Counted from the stretch's first letter, positions 39,282 to 54,946 are shown. The stretch is DNA of 64,000 nt from Octopus sinensis (GCF_006345805.1 NC_043001.1:110298001-110362000); one strand, 5' to 3'. The notes: generated from the letters alone by a model not told the origin. Numbers and translations are program-made.

Positions 39282-40099
39282 GAGCTGTATCAAGCTGTAT
39301 CAACATATTATATAAAACATACATATGCACACACAAAAACATATATGTTTGTATATGTGTATATATGTTAATGCGTGTATACATATACAGCTGTGTCAAC
39401 ATTACGTTATTTAAAACATATCAGACCAACTGAATAAAGAAACGAAGAGGACGATAATATGATATAATCAAAAACATCAGAATTTAATATTTCTATAAAT
39501 GACCGAGAACGTCGTTAATTAATTTCGTAATGGTTAACAGAATCATTAGTGGATACGAGTGTTTGACATAGTTTTCCTCTCTATCTTTAAGTCATTAACT
39601 ATGTCTATCCGCACCGCACATGTATACCTACATATACACTCACGTACACCCTTCACACAGACACACACACATCTAAACACACACATATACGCCTGTATGT
39701 GTTTTATAATAGTTACATACATATATACATACATACGTATATACTCACGTACATATGTATATATACGTACGCCTGCATTTTATAATATATATATATGCAT
39801 GTACGTATATGTATATATATATATGTATATATATATACATATATATATATATATACGCTCACATGTATATATTGTTTTCTATTCTAGGCACAAGGCCTGA
39901 AACTTTTTGGAAGGGGGCCAGTAGATTAGATCGACCCCAGTACACTACTGGTGCTTGATTTATTGATCTCGAAAGGATGAAAGGCAAAGTTGTCTTCGGC
40001 GGAATTTGAACTCAGAAAGTATATATTGATCGATAGACAGACAGATAAAGGGAGACATGTGCATGTGTGAGTCTATGCGTGAGTGCCCGTATATATAAA

Positions 40100-40345
40100 G
40101 TTCCTCTCTTGAGCCATGTCAGGCTCATAAGGGCCGGTTTCCCGGTTTCAGTGGCGTAGAAATTCCGCACCTGGACGGGACGCCGGTCCGTCGCAACGTT
40201 ACTCATTTTTGCCAGCTGAGTGGACTGGAGCAACGTGAAATGAAGTGTTTTGCTCAAGAACACAACGCAGCGCCCGGTCCAGGAATCGAAACCTCAACCT
40301 TATGATCATGATGCTGACACCCTAACCACTAAGTCACGCACCTCC
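40100..40345 (-). mobile_element. SINE family S3
   Basis: Reverse tRNA head and core. Confidence 0.85.
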
Positions 40346-40349
40346 ACAT

Positions 40350-40397
<48 letters not shown>

Positions 40398-41234
40398 GCA
40401 CACACGAGCAAGAAAGAGATTTTGATGTGTAGTGATACAGATGTTCAAATTATATATTTTTCTCTTTGTGTATTTGTATATTTGTGCGTGGAAAAGAGTT
40501 CATGTACGCATGCGTGTGCATGGCCTTACGAAGTTTACTTTTTCAATTTGTTTTGCTCTGATGGAGGATATTCTAATTCTTAATGGAGCTACAAAACATT
40601 GCTTCCGGATATAGAATATTTTATACGTATAACATATAGTATCATGTAATAATGGCAATACATGGAGATTTCTAGGAAATTAATATCGATTCGTTTTAAA
40701 AGTGATATGAAAATTAGTATGCTAAAAAAGTCATTTAAAAATTGTCTTCAATTAAAAGTCTTAACATGCGAGATATTTCTAAATTGCAATATCAACAGCT
40801 TTCAAAATATCTCCACCATTTTTTTTATTTTGTTAATTAACTGTCGACACATAAATACGTTGTTCTCGGTTACACCATCATTATTAAGATTAAACAACCT
40901 ATTTATAAAGATATAAAATGAACAAACACATGATTTCGTATTTATTGCTAATCAAAAGAAACTGCAGCAAAAACAACAGCATCTGTTTCCAGAAGAGATA
41001 TATCACTATCGGTGTCGTAAAAAATGGTAAGTTTTTTCCTATATATCGTTTTTATGAAGACCATGCAATTAATAAACCGTAAATCGCTGCAAGAATTCAG
41101 AAATGATTTGTTACTATGGTAAATAAACTGAATAAATATCGTTAGACATGTTATACTGTTCAGCGCTGCACCACATATCACGTATGTATTTCATTAACGT
41201 GTTGTTAGCAAGTACACTTTGTTCTTGTTGTTTG

Positions 41235-41506
41235 TTCCTTCTCGAGCCATACCTGGCTCATAAGGGCCGGTTTCCCGGTTTCTTGGCGTATAAGTTCCTC
41301 ACCTGGACAGGACGCCGGTCCATCGCATGTGAGCTGCAGAAAGTTGTGGCGAAAGAGTCAGCAGAAGTTTCGCCATTACCTTCTGCCGGAGCCGCGTGGA
41401 GCTTAGGTGTTTCGCTCATAAATACACACATCGACCGGTCTGAGATTCGAACCCGCGATCCCTCGACCGCGAGTCCGCTGCTCTAACCACTAGGCTATGT
41501 GCCTCC
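41235..41506 (-). mobile_element. S3-related SINE (different middle, same tail as 40100 and 41835)
   Basis: Shared CTCATAAGGGCCGGTTTCCCGG tail and a tRNA head. Confidence 0.8.
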
Positions 41507-41834
41507 ACAAGTACACTTTGGTATATGTGGAAACAATTGTTAAGGATATAAAAAAATATATTATGGTGATAATTTAAGAGTGTATTTGAAAAAGTAAATA
41601 CTCTACAATTTTGCTAATAATTACACAATACAATTAAAATTGCATAAGGAAAACATCTGGTTCTTATTTGGATGGTCTTAAATATTTGTTAGATATGAAA
41701 TATTTGCTGGATACAAAATAAACTGAAATATTTTCAATGAAGAAAATGTGTGCGTGTATGTGTTTGTTTGTATGCATATGTGTACATACTCTTACTCACA
41801 CTTATATATGTATGTAAAAAAAACTTTACCTCTC

Positions 41835-42066
41835 CAGTCATGCCGACCCATAAGGGCCGGTTTCCCAGTTACCATGCCATATAAATTACTCGCCTGGACA
41901 AGACCCCGGTCTGTCGCAGGATTACTCATTATTGCCAGTTGAAGGGACTGGAAATATGATGTGAAGTGTTTTGCTCAAAAACACAACGCACCGCCCGGTT
42001 CAGGAATAGAAACCACAACCTTACGATCACGAGTCCAACACCCTTAACCACTAAGTCACGCGTCCT
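41835..42066 (-). mobile_element. SINE family S3
   Basis: Matches 40100-40345. Confidence 0.8.
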
Positions 42067-42407
42067 CATGCATTCATATGTTGATATGTGTGTGTGTACG
42101 TGTTTAATGTAATTTCAGTAGAGTTACTGGTGGTAGAGTAATTAAAACTAATCTTCAAAGTAGGCGATAAACGAGGAACACTACGAGATTCTATGTCCTG
42201 GGTTTGTAAGTTACTCTAATAATTAAATGAGCCATTGCCGTTAGTGCAAACGTACAGCTGCTGTTAATGAAAATAAACTATACGTTCATTTTTATTTTAT
42301 TGAGAAGGTGAATATTATAGGATAATATTGATTGGTGAAAGTGTACTAACTCACTTGACAGGATTCGAGAAGTGTTCTTGTTAAATTATGACCTATTTGG
42401 AAATATA

Positions 42408-42624
42408 CGAGGGGTGCTGAATACTTCCTGGCTTTGGGTAAAAAAATTAGAGGAGGATCAGTTATTTATGATTTTATTCAACATATTCCCCTCTCAGATT
42501 CACACATTTATTGCAACAGTCCTTCAAGTTTTTTGAGCCTTGTAAAAAAACTCGGAAGTTTGGACCTCCAATGAAGCTTTTTGCGCTACCCCTAAAACCA
42601 GGAATTTTTCAGTACCCACCCCCG
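42408..42624. mobile_element. mariner-derived MITE (217 bp)
   Basis: TA TSD, TIRs, and a minus-strand transposase tail FLQGSKNLKDCCNKCVNLRGEYVE*. Confidence 0.85.
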
Positions 42625-42905
42625 TACTTGACTTGAATTAAAGAGTCTGTAAGGGGTAAGTATTTGAGAGTGTTAATAAATAGGAGGTGTAAGAAAATTT
42701 TTTAATTATTCTAAAGTATCCAGTTGACAAAAGTTTATTGTAATTCTAAGTTTTCAAGAAAAACAGTACATTCTCTTTTCGGTTGATATCTAGTTTAACA
42801 CTCGGCCACCAAAACCAAAACAAATGAGTCTAACAGGCGTGAAAAATGTGTAGTAAACGAATCTGAAAACCAAAATTTGCGCAAGCGAAACGGGGAGAAG
42901 ATTTT

Positions 42906-43175
42906 GGGAAAATTCACACAATCCGATTTTTTCGCTCGTGACTTTCAGGAAACTGGATAACTTTTAAAGACATTTATTCAAATACCTTTCAAACGGCATA
43001 GATTACGATCAGGAAGAAATTTGTGGGGAAAACTTTTCCGAAGAGTGGAGAGAGGATCTGGGGAAAATTCACACGATCCGATTTTTTCCTTCATAACTTT
43101 TTCTAAAATAATGAAGGTTTATTATTATTAATGAAGGTTTATACAAATACCTTTCAAATGGCATAGATATACGAT
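42906..43175. repeat. imperfect ~155-bp direct repeat, probably inside an unclassified non-autonomous DNA element
   Basis: GGGAAAATTCACAC.ATCCGATTTTTT and AAATACCTTTCAAA.GGCATAGAT each occur twice. Confidence 0.6.
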
Positions 43176-43578
43176 TTGTGAGGAAATTTTTTTCCAGGGG
43201 GTGGGGAGAGGAGTTTTGAAAAAGCAGAATTTCGGATTAGAAAAACCACATAGTTTCATTTTTTTACTCCCCCATCCCCCTCCGGAGCGATTTTGGCCAA
43301 TTTTTTGCACTTAAAATCTATTGGGGAACCTTTTCGGTAAAAAAAAAATACCCAGAAAAATAATAAATATTTTCAGATGAAAATAGAGTCATTTAAGGGA
43401 GATTAGGTCGTCGTTTGTAGCACATCCCAAGACAACCCACTTCGTTTCTTTCTCATTCTCACATATGTTGATGTTTTCCAATATTTTTCTCCCCATAACA
43501 TTTATGATATCAAAAAAAAAAAATTGAAAATTTATAATTCTTTCAACCCCACTCCCTGATCTTGATTGTTTCTGATTA

Positions 43579-43921
43579 AAAAAAAAAGACCCCCTTCGGT
43601 CATGAATGACCATGGGATTGCACCTAGAAAGTTACCCTCCTAGACACAAGTCCGGGCAAGGTTGTTTATGGAAGACCAGCAGTCGCCCATGCATACCAGC
43701 CTCCCCTCTCCACGCCACCAGTGTTATCCAAGGGAAAGACAAAGGTCGATACAGCTTGGCACCAGTGATGTCGCAACTCATTTCTACAGCTGAGTGAACT
43801 GAAGCAACGTGAAATAAAGTGCTTTGCTCAAGAACACAACACGCAGCCCGGTCCGGGATTCGAGCTCACAACCTCACGATCGTAAGCTCGACGCTCTAAC
43901 CACTGAGCCATGCGCCTTCAC
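43579..43921 (-). mobile_element. S3-type SINE with 12-bp TSD
   Basis: TGTTTCTGATTA at 43567-43578 and 43922-43933; the element ends in a T-run on its sense strand. Confidence 0.9.
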
Positions 43922-45533
43922 TGTTTCTGATTATAATTTTAAATATTGGAAAGCCTGAGGTCATTTATGGCATTTATCCACAGGGATTGAAAAAAAAAAA
44001 ATGTTATGTAAAATATAGTTCATTTTAATTGCGCACTTTTCTGTTAGAATTTTTTTTTCTTACACACATACGGCCTTGCATAATTAAGGTCGGGGTGAAA
44101 ATTTGAGTTACCATTTTTCTGCTGATCCTCATATCTCACCAATGGAGCATGCGTGTGGTCCTTTGGTATCATCATTAAGGGGAAGGGGAGTGAAACAAAA
44201 ATCTTAAAGGCTGTGATGAAAAACGGAGAAATGTCAACTAATGCGGTTTTCTTGATCCGAAACTCCGTTTTTCCGATCTTTTCTATTTTTTACCCTCTTT
44301 TCTTTTAAAATAAGCGGGGATCGAATTTATAATTAAAATATACAGGAATCAAATTTAAATTATAATTACGATTCAAAGGTAATACGTCAGATTTTCTGTT
44401 CCGGTTTCTAAATGTGCATGTTTGTTGATAAAATAGTGTTTTAAAGAAAGTGACAGTTAAACTTATGTAATTAATCGTAGCTGATATATTAATTTTTTTT
44501 TTCCTGCCCATGTTCAAAGACCGCTTTATCTAAAAGGAGAGGAATATCGGGCTCTGGTATTCCGTTATCGAAACTCTTGCGGTAATCAATGTTTCCATAG
44601 AAATGTTTCTAGTAATTTTTTTTAAAAATAAAAGTACGAATGTTGATACGTAAAACTTGAATGGCGATTTATTTCCTGCAGAAGCGTGTTTCTACGTTAC
44701 ACAAGCTTCAGTTTGTATGATTGTCATACTGCAATTCTCCTCTGTTGTTGCTTCAGCTAAGCCTTTCAGTATAATTGGGTGGATATTATGTATTTCATGA
44801 TAAAATGGGAAAATGACTTGAGTACATTTGAAAGTAAGTTTCAATTAATGCAATTAGATAATTCGTTAATGTATTAAAATGTATAACGTTTGTTATATGT
44901 ATGTGAGTGCACGCACACACACACACACACGCACACACACACACACACACACAGATATGGGCATAAAATGTTTACAGGGAAAGTATTCGCAGGTGCTCGT
45001 GTTACATACGTTAATTAACGTCCGTTTTTTTTTTACACATACATATAAGAATACACAATACACACACACACACACGCACGCTCGCACGCACACACGCACA
45101 CGCACACACAAATAAACACTCTCACACATGCAGCCATACAATGTTTTAAGTGAAACATCGCTTAAAACATTAAGTACTAATGATTACTGTTATCAAAGCA
45201 AAATATCTGACATAAATCCGAATGGAAGAAAAATTCTTTCAGTGCAGATATCCTGCATGACCGCACTTTAGTCTCTTCTCCTCACACTCTTCTCTTTCGC
45301 CCTCTCTCTTTCTCTACATCACTTTCTTTCTCCATTTGTCCCTTTATATGTATACGTATTGGTATGCATATACATTAGTAAGCCTCCCCCTCTCTCTGTA
45401 CACACACGTTTGAGAGTGGGAGTGAATTTTAATGCATATACATATATATGATTATAGATATATGTATGTATATATATATATATATATATATGTGTATATA
45501 TAAAAGTACATGTATATATATACATACATATAT

Positions 45534-45564
<31 letters not shown>

Positions 45565-45992
45565 CACATATATATATATACATGCACAAACACACAAACA
45601 TATATACATATATCTTTGTATATATGAATGTATATGTGTGTATATATATGCGTATATATACTTTTATATACATATAAATATCTCTATCTACCTCTCTTTG
45701 CCTCTCTCTCTCTCTACCTCTGCTTGTCTTTCTCCCTCTCATAATAAATATATGCATATACAGAGAGAGAGGGGGAGAGAATTATACGTGTATGTCTATG
45801 ATTGTTAGTAGGTATGGTGGTTATTTCTGTTGTGGTGACAGATACTTGGAGGTGGAGTGAACCTGAGAAGGAAGGTGAGTGAGGAGAATGTGAGAGAGAA
45901 GTCCTCTTGATGGCGCACGGTTGTTATATATTAATTCATTCAATATACACTCGCAAAGATATACATCCTATATACATACATATATGTGTGTG

Positions 45993-46061
<69 letters not shown>

Positions 46062-46256
46062 ATATATATATATATATTATATATATATATATATATAACA
46101 TATATATATATATGTGTATTGTCAAACCGGTAAGCACACATGCACATACACGCACAAACACATACGCACACTCTCACACACACCTACAAACACACATTTG
46201 CACAAACACATAGATGCACATACCCACATGTGTATATATATATATACAAATATATG

Positions 46257-46317
<61 letters not shown>

Positions 46318-47121
46318 TGAGAGAACGGTTTTGATCGTAGTGTAGGGAACGTAATGACTGGTATAATGTGATACCCAGCGAACGAGAGAAGGAAAGGAGG
46401 ACAGAGAGAACGAGAGTGAGGACAGAATGTAGAGAGAGAGAGAGAGAGAGAGGGGGGGGAACAGAGGGGAGAGAGAAAAAGATAGAGAGTAAGGGAAGGA
46501 GGTAGGAGACAGAGAATGTGAGAAGGAGATCATTTAATAAATTAGTACTGATGAAGATTTTATCAAAACAGTGTCTCTGCCATTAATAATAATGAAAATA
46601 AAAATATGGCACAAACATTCTGGATAATTGCCTGTCGTTGCACCTATGTATGTGTTTGGGTATGTGTTTATCCTTCCATCTCCCCTCTCTCTCTCTCTCT
46701 CTCTTCTTGCCTCTGTATTTTATAATGCGTAGACATGTAAACAATGTGTTTCACATTGAAATTATCATTACATGCAGAAGGCTGACAAGTGATTAACAAA
46801 ATATATTGATTTCTCATATCTCCTGACATCTTATGATTTATATACTCTTACTGAATTAATTTCATAGATCGGATCTTCTGGATTTCACCTGCACATTAAA
46901 ATTCCGCTTTATACTTCACTGTATTGAAGTATTATGGTGTTTGCTAGCCGAGTCCGATAGAAGAGCTTGCTGTGATTGACACACGATTCTCTGGTGCCAA
47001 ATATATACACGGAGAGAGAGAAAGAGTGAAAGATAGAGTGAGACAAAAGAGAGTGATACAGATAAACAGAATTAGGCCTGACGCATTTATTCATATTATA
47101 TGGTATATATATATATATATA

Positions 47122-47162
<41 letters not shown>

Positions 47163-47628
47163 TATATATTATATATATATATATATATATTATATGTGTG
47201 TGTGTGTGTGTGGGTGTGTGTGTGGTGTTGTGTGTGTGTGTGTGTGTGTGTGTGTAGCTATTCTTAGTGACGATATGAACTTTTTCCCACTTGCTCTGGT
47301 AAAATATTTAAGAAAAATTATATTATTATATCTTGCCTGTTCAAAATTCATATTTGTGCAGCTGAATATAGTGCTGTATTCAAATGCATGTAATGAATGT
47401 CCAATATAATATATATATATATATGAATACATGTATATGTGCTGGCAGGCCTAAATATGTTTATCTGCATCACTATCTCCCTCTCAGCTCACCTGGATTT
47501 CTGTTATCGCCACTCTTGACATCGTTGTCCTAATCCAGACTGAAGAATTTGGAGTTTAAATTCAATTCATTTGAATACCACAACTTTTTTTTCTCTACTG
47601 AGGACATCTAGCTCTCATCTACGGCCTC

Positions 47629-47685
<57 letters not shown>

Positions 47686-48382
47686 TAACAAGGGATTGGC
47701 TTTAAACCTCTCCATGCGCTGGAGAATTGACGCCATAAGTCACTATTACCATGTTAATAACACCGAGTATAAAACACTGGGTTGTAGTCGGGCAAAAGAA
47801 AGATAATGAATTAAACTTTTGGTTGACCCTGTACAAGTTCCTGTTTCAAGCTTAAAGTAAAAAAAAATTACTTACTGCTCCCATTAGAAACGATATTCCA
47901 TAGTATAAATTTACGAGTATCCACATATACCCATTCGAGCGGCATCATCGTACAACAAATATATGTACACACTCGTAGAAATATGCAGTAAAGTATAATT
48001 CACATCTGTCTCTTACAACCACTTGTTCCATACCAAAACATACTCTGCAGTGAATGCATCTTTGATCAAGAAGTAAATTCTTCAAATATCAATTATAATA
48101 AAGGATAAAAAACACTAATGGTTTTACCATCTTCCAAAGAATCTAATGCTCTTAGCTTAATTTCTCCTCGGGGCTGGCCAGATTGGCGCAATCTCGAGTA
48201 TAACCAGCCGAAATTGCAAAGATAATCTGGAACTCGACTGAGGAAAGATAACTCCGAAGAACCCGCCCTTATTTTCTTTGTATCGTGTATCTGGATGTTT
48301 TGTTGTCCCTTTTTTGTATCACCTAACTGTCCGGATGTATTACGTTCTTTTCCTATTCTGTATTTTATATATATATATATAT

Positions 48383-48443
<61 letters not shown>

Positions 48444-49069
48444 TTTCATTAAAACACGACTATCTGCCCTTTTAAGTATTTTCATTTAAAATATACGTAT
48501 TTTTGAAGGAATAGTATTATTTCGTAATTTCTTTGAAACAATAAAATTGCTACACATTTAAAATCAACATTTCTTAACTTCTGTAACCTTTTAAACAGAA
48601 TGTGAAATATATATTTTGTATTTTATTTACATTTATTACAATTTATAGATTAGTCGCCTTCAAACATGTATTTCACTGTTAAACTTCTATATCAGCAGTC
48701 ACGTGTACGAGTGTATGTGTTGTGTGTGTGCATTTGTTTTTGCATTGTGTTGCCATATGAGGATTGCTTCTGTGATTAATCGTCACTTGTATGAGGAATA
48801 ATTTCGTATACTATTGATGCATTGTTTACAAATGTTTTTTTCTTTCTGACTTTCTCTCTTATGGTGTGTGGCACAGAGTTCCGTGACAGTGAGAGAATGG
48901 AATTTATTTTCGCTGTAACGTTTAAAATTATTTCCATTATTAACGTTTGGGAAATATATTCGGCAAGTTCTCCAGGAAAATAATATTCCTCAAACTGACT
49001 ATAAAATTTCAAAATAGCATAGTATTTAAGATAACCTCTGAAATATTAAAACTGTATATTATATGCGTA

Positions 49070-49735
49070 CAAGGTGTGATCAATAAGTATCCGAACTGTT
49101 GCCATAGTAACGAATCTAAAACACGCAGAATGAAGTCGCTTGTCAAAAATTGACCATGACAGAGAAAGTTGTCCTGGTAATACCTGCTCAGAGGCCTACG
49201 CAATGTTACAGAAAATGTATGGGAAAGAGTGCATGTGCTCCACACACGTGTACGAATGGTTCAGACGTTTCCAAGATAAGCTAAATAAATGTCGATATTG
49301 ACAAACGTTCTGGGAGACCCGCAACCAGCAGAATTAAGAAAAACATCGCAGATGTGCGTGCAGCTCTAAGAGGAAATCTTCGAATCACCATCTGTGAGTT
49401 ATAGAATGTGAAGATTTGTTACGGTTCCGTTCAGTCCACTTCACTGAAGATTTGGGTATGAGACCCATGTCTGCCAAGTTTGTGCCAAAACTGCTTTCAA
49501 CTGACCAAAAAGACACTCAGGTTTCAATTGCCCAAAATCTTGATTGTGTCGAATGAAAACTTTTAGAAAACTTTCCGTAGGCATCTGAGGAGGTATCGCC
49601 AAGCTTTTGCAAGATTTGATGCAGATTCACTGCTCAAATTTCTGTATCATGGTCAATGAGATGATCACACACTACACACCTTGCTTCCAAGCACTACTGT
49701 AAACAGCGGAAGCAAGCTAGAGCGTTAAAACCAGT
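49070..49735 (+). mobile_element. degenerate mariner element (left TIR, HTH region, 3' part)
   Basis: TA + CAAGGTGTGATCAATAAGTATCCG TIR; VYEWFRRF and LGMRPMSAKFVPKLL (WVPHEL-equivalent). Confidence 0.8.
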
Positions 49736-49749
49736 GCGTTAAACAGTGC

Positions 49750-50072
49750 TTAACTGGCAATTATTTTATTGACCCCGATGGATGAAAGGCAAAGTCGATC
49801 TAGGCGGAATTTGAACTCAGAACGTAGCATCAGACTAAATACCTATTTCTTTACTACCCACAAGGGGCTACACACAGAGAGAACAAACAAGGACAGACAA
49901 ACGGATTAACTCGATTATATCGATCCCAGTACGTAACTGGTACTTATTTAATCGACCCCGATGGATGAAAGGCAAAGTCGACATCGGCGGAATTTGAACT
50001 CAGAACGTAACGGCAGACGAAATACGGCTACGCATTTCGCCCGGCGTGCTAACATTTTTGCCAGCTCGCCGT
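49750..50072 (-). mobile_element. S1 SINE dimer
   Basis: AAATAG|GTATTT junction near 49845. Confidence 0.85.
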
Positions 50073-52425
50073 CTATAAATTTGTTAAAAATGGCAATGTG
50101 GCATCTCATTTAAACATACGTTTTGATCCAAATAAGACCTGTTGTCTCTAGCCTCAAAATATATCTTTATAAAGTTCCCTGCCTCTTCGATCTTGAAACT
50201 ATTCCTATTTTCTTCCACTCGACATTATACAGAACTGAAATGAATTCAACCAGAGAATCCAGAAACTCCATTGAGGCATATGAAAGCACAGTAGGTTACC
50301 TGGCAGCCTTGATGTAATCTCTTTCTAACCCTCTGTATCTACGCTTATACCTGTTAACTTTGTAACTCACTACACTATCTTCTAAACCTCACTGAGAAAT
50401 CTACTAATTTCTTCCGTTTTTCTTTCTTTTCTTTTTTTTTGGTCGCAATATCTTTAATTACTTAGTGTTAAGAAACGCACAAGAGACCCAAAGAGCAGGA
50501 AATCATGAGAGGACAAACCCCACTCTGGTAAGTGCTTCGGCCCTAAACTTCTTATCTTCCGAGAGTTCTGGGCCGCATCCACCTGATGACTTCAGGTACC
50601 CTGCTGCTTCCACAAGAATTGTCACTCGTGTTTGTTGAAATCATTTTAAAACAATTCCAGTCTTGATATTTTTTCTACCACATAAATTATGTTCGCTGAA
50701 TTAAAGTGCTAAAAAGTAAATTTAGCAAAATATATCTGAGTGCTTACCCTAAATAAAGTACAGTTAAACATAATATCAAAATATATTAAGTTTTCATTCA
50801 TATTTTTTGTCAAGTTGTTCAGCCATGATATGTCCAGCAATATAATATATTTTCTTAGAGATAAAGACAGATTATATCTCGTTCATAATGTATCACTTTC
50901 CATTAATATGTTTTATCCAGAATATCGCAATGTGGATAGACTAGAAAGTGTGTTTGGTGTCATTTGAGTAATTGACTTTGAATTTTTGGAGCAAAACTCG
51001 AGACCCAATTCCGGACATGTTTGAAAGCTTGAGAGCGACGTATGTATACATGCACGCACACGCACACATAACCAAACACATACACACACACATTCTTTCT
51101 CTCTCACACCCACACATATTCTCTTTCTGTCTCGCACACACACACACACACACACATTCTTTCTCTCTCATACCCACACATATTCTCTTTCTGTCTCGCA
51201 CACACACACACACACACTCAGATTCTCTCTCCCTCTCTCTCTCTCTCAGACATACACTCGTACATATACACATGCACATATATGCGTTGTGATTGCGACT
51301 ATATATAGTTATGTGCATATGTTAAACGTGCCTGTGTGTGTGTGTTTTTGCGTTTGTGTGCTTGAGTGTGTGTATGTATATGTGTATGTGCGTATATGTA
51401 TATGTTGGTGTGTATTTGCGTATGTGTTTGTCTGCCATTAACTCTCACAATTTGTCTCTTAGTCAATCTTTATCTTTCACTCTCTTTGTCTGTCTGTATC
51501 CCTCTCTATATGTATGTACACACACGCACACATACATGTCTATATGTAAAGAGAAAGAAAGAGAGAAAAAGAGAGAGAGAGAGAGGAGAAGGAAAGAGAG
51601 CCAGAGACAGAGAAGCAGTGAGATAGAGAGAGAGGAAACAAGCTTGTATGGGTGTTTCTGTACAATTAGCATACACACACACGCACACATACACTCTCTC
51701 ACACACACTCTCTTACACACACACAGATACACACACAAACACACACTCTCTTACACACACACAGATACACATACAAGCGCACACACATGCACGTACACAC
51801 AACGCACGTACAAAACGTTTACAGATTTAGAAAAAAAATAACATTTGTCACTAAAATAAACACGAAAGAGACAGTATTGTTTAAAACCTTGGCAACGGTA
51901 ACCATGCCAACGTGAAAAATATCAACATCAACAGAAGAGAATTTGAAATCACAGAAATCTCATGAAATTCAACACTTCCAACATACTGTAAGATGGTAAA
52001 GGAAATAGCTATAATAAAAAAAAAAGGAAGGAAACTTCTCGAATACTATGCAGTACTATGTCAAACATAGCAAGGAAATCGGGCGTTGACATTCAAGATT
52101 GCATTCAGGGTGGAATTTTGGGTATTAAGATGCCAGTTGCCTCAGGCTACGGTTGACAACTCAATTCGCCATTCTATTCCGTTCAACGCTTACGACTAAT
52201 TCCTCCCACCCCCACCACCACCACCACTCTCTCTTGTTTGTTCTTTTGTTGTGTGTACTGTCTCCATCTAAACTTTCTGTCTGGTGCCTGCATCGCGTTC
52301 TCTTTTGTTCGTGTTTAGTTCCTATCCCTTTCCCGCCAATCTTTGCCTATCTTACTCTCTCTCTCTGTCTCTTTCAGTCCTATAAGAGTATATAGGTATG
52401 TGCTTATGTTTGTGTGTCAGTGTGG

Positions 52426-52476
<51 letters not shown>

Positions 52477-52556
52477 TACGTACGTAAACAGGTACATACA
52501 CACACACATATAAATATGTGCTTAAACAGGTACACACATATATACATGCATACATA

Positions 52557-52594
<38 letters not shown>

Positions 52595-52626
52595 TACATA
52601 CATACATAAACAGACACACGCTTATA

Positions 52627-52674
<48 letters not shown>

Positions 52675-52840
52675 TGTGTGTGTGTATGTGTATGTATGTG
52701 TACCAATCCACACATATATATACACTCACATTTATGCATTGATTGCGTCAAGAGAGTTGAAAAAATTTGAGACGTGAAATTAAAATTTTGACGTTTTATC
52801 GGTAGAATTCAAGCTACAAATGAATCTATAAATAATAGCA

Positions 52841-52844
<4 letters not shown>

Positions 52845-52938
<94 letters not shown>

Positions 52939-53004
52939 AGTATCTATCTATCTATCTAAGTATCTATCTATCTATCCATCTATCTATCAAAGTATCTATC
53001 TAAG

Positions 53005-53040
<36 letters not shown>

Positions 53041-53100
53041 GATCTATCTAAGTATCTATCTATCAATATATCTATCTATCTATCAATATATCTATCAATA

Positions 53101-53198
<98 letters not shown>

Positions 53199-53218
53199 AG
53201 TATCTATCTATCTATCTA

Positions 53219-53284
<66 letters not shown>

Positions 53285-53291
53285 AATCTAT

Positions 53292-53326
<35 letters not shown>

Positions 53327-53350
53327 GTCCATCTATCTGTCTGTCTATCT
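52845..53350. repeat. (TATC)n array with AAG/CAA interruptions
   Basis: Direct reading. Confidence 0.95.
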
Positions 53351-54039
53351 ATCTATCTAATATGATACAAGATATGTGCGTGCACGTATGAATCATCATG
53401 TGGATATATATCTCCATTGCGGATAATGTTTGATTGGTGAAGAAGCCAAACTTCCTTCAAATTATGGCCTACTGTTTTGTGTCATATATTTTTATCAAAA
53501 AGAAGGAAACACTTATGTGACAGTTCGCTGAATCTCTCACAAATCACAACATATGTGTTGCATATTATGTTGTGTGAGCCAACGACGCTTCTACGTTTCA
53601 ACTAAAACTATTAAAAAGTGAGCCGGCGTGAGCGTTGTTGCAGAATAGCTTGACCTGTTGGTCGTAGCAGCCAATTCTGTATGAAATCGACCTCTGCTGT
53701 TTCGTGAATGATTTTATCAATATAAGCAATCAAACACAACCTCCAGTGGATAGAGTGTGGGTCACAGGATATGACAATGATGGCCCTTTGAAGTAGAGTA
53801 GCTACAAATTTTTTGCCAGCGAGTGATCTGGGTCAACATGAAATATAATGTTTTGTCGCCTGGAATCGAACTCGCAACCTTACGATCACCAGGTCGAATG
53901 CCTTAACTGTTAACTCACGCGTCTTCATACGATCTACTCGATATTGTAGCCAAATCACAGTAGAGTGTATGTATATTTAATAAGGGACAGGCTACAAGTA
54001 AATATTTTACCCTTAATTGTTAAGTATTAAATTTTTAGG

Positions 54040-54202
54040 GACAAGAGTGGCTGTGTTGTAGGTAGCTTACCTACCAACCACATACTTCCGGGTTCAGTCC
54101 CACTGCGTGGCACCTTGGGCAAGTGTCTTCTCCTATAGCCTCGGGCCGACCAAAAGCCTTGTGAGCGGATTTGGTAGACGGAAACTGAAAGAAGCCCGTC
54201 GC

Positions 54203-54233
<31 letters not shown>

Positions 54234-54475
54234 ATATATATATATGTTTGTGTGTGTTTTTGTGTGTCTGTGCTTGTCGCCCCCCCCCAACATCGCTTGA
54301 CAACTGATGCTGGTGTGTTTACGTTCCCGTAACTTAGCGTTTCGGCAAAAGAGACCGATAGAATATGTACTAGGCTTAAAAAGAATAAGCCCCGGGATCG
54401 ATTTGCTCGACTAAAGGCGGTGCTCTAGCATGGCCGCAGTCAAATGACTGAAACAAGTAAAAGAGTAAAAGAGTA
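54040..54475 (+). mobile_element. SINE family S2, full length
   Basis: Matches 19564-19965. Confidence 0.9.
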
Positions 54476-54836
54476 TTAAAAATAATCTCTCTCCATCAAG
54501 GTGAAATCTTCTAAGTTATATTTAAGTCCACAAAAGAGACCTCTAGTTGGTAGTTATAGCTGATATATTTAGTAGCCACACTTTCTATGAAGCCATCAAC
54601 CCGGCTCACCACATACTTGCTATATTACACAATATGCCATAACATATCACACGACCTATATGTCAGATTCATCTCAGGAAAATTCGTTTGATATAGTCTT
54701 TCTCATTCGGAATATTTTAAAGGCCAACTGACTTGATGTGAAAGTTTTAAGGGCCTGACATGGCTATCAGACTCAGCTAGGCTGTAAATATTACACCACA
54801 CAGACACTTTGCTATAGCCATCAATACATTTCAAAG

Positions 54837-54946
54837 CTACTTTATTGAAAATTTTGGATGAAATGATTTTCTGAACACTTTTTCTCTTTACTACTTTATT
54901 GAAAATTTTGGATGAAATGATTTTCTTAAAACTTTTTCTCTTTACT
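54837..54946. repeat. 54-bp tandem duplication
   Basis: CTACTTTATTGAAAATTTTGGATGAAATGATTTTCT starts at 54837 and 54891. Confidence 0.9.

Noticed and set aside
38750-39430. Many 120-170-aa Tyr/Ile/His/Thr-rich ORFs here and at 13642, 19984, 27130, 31120, 45921, 52352 and 59063
   Set aside because: They are translations of (TA)n, (CA)n, (TATC)n and (TACA)n repeats, which lack stop codons in phase.
46540-46580. CTGATGA-A-GATTTATC-AAAAC hammerhead-like string
   Set aside because: The loop is only 2 nt, G12 is missing and there is no stem I pairing; likely chance.
47876-47975. Minus-strand GTAAGT donor preceded by hydrophobic YMWILVNLYYGISFLMGA (transporter-like)
   Set aside because: That frame has a TGA upstream with no intervening AG acceptor. 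The frame compatible with the nearest acceptor gives an unrecognisable peptide.
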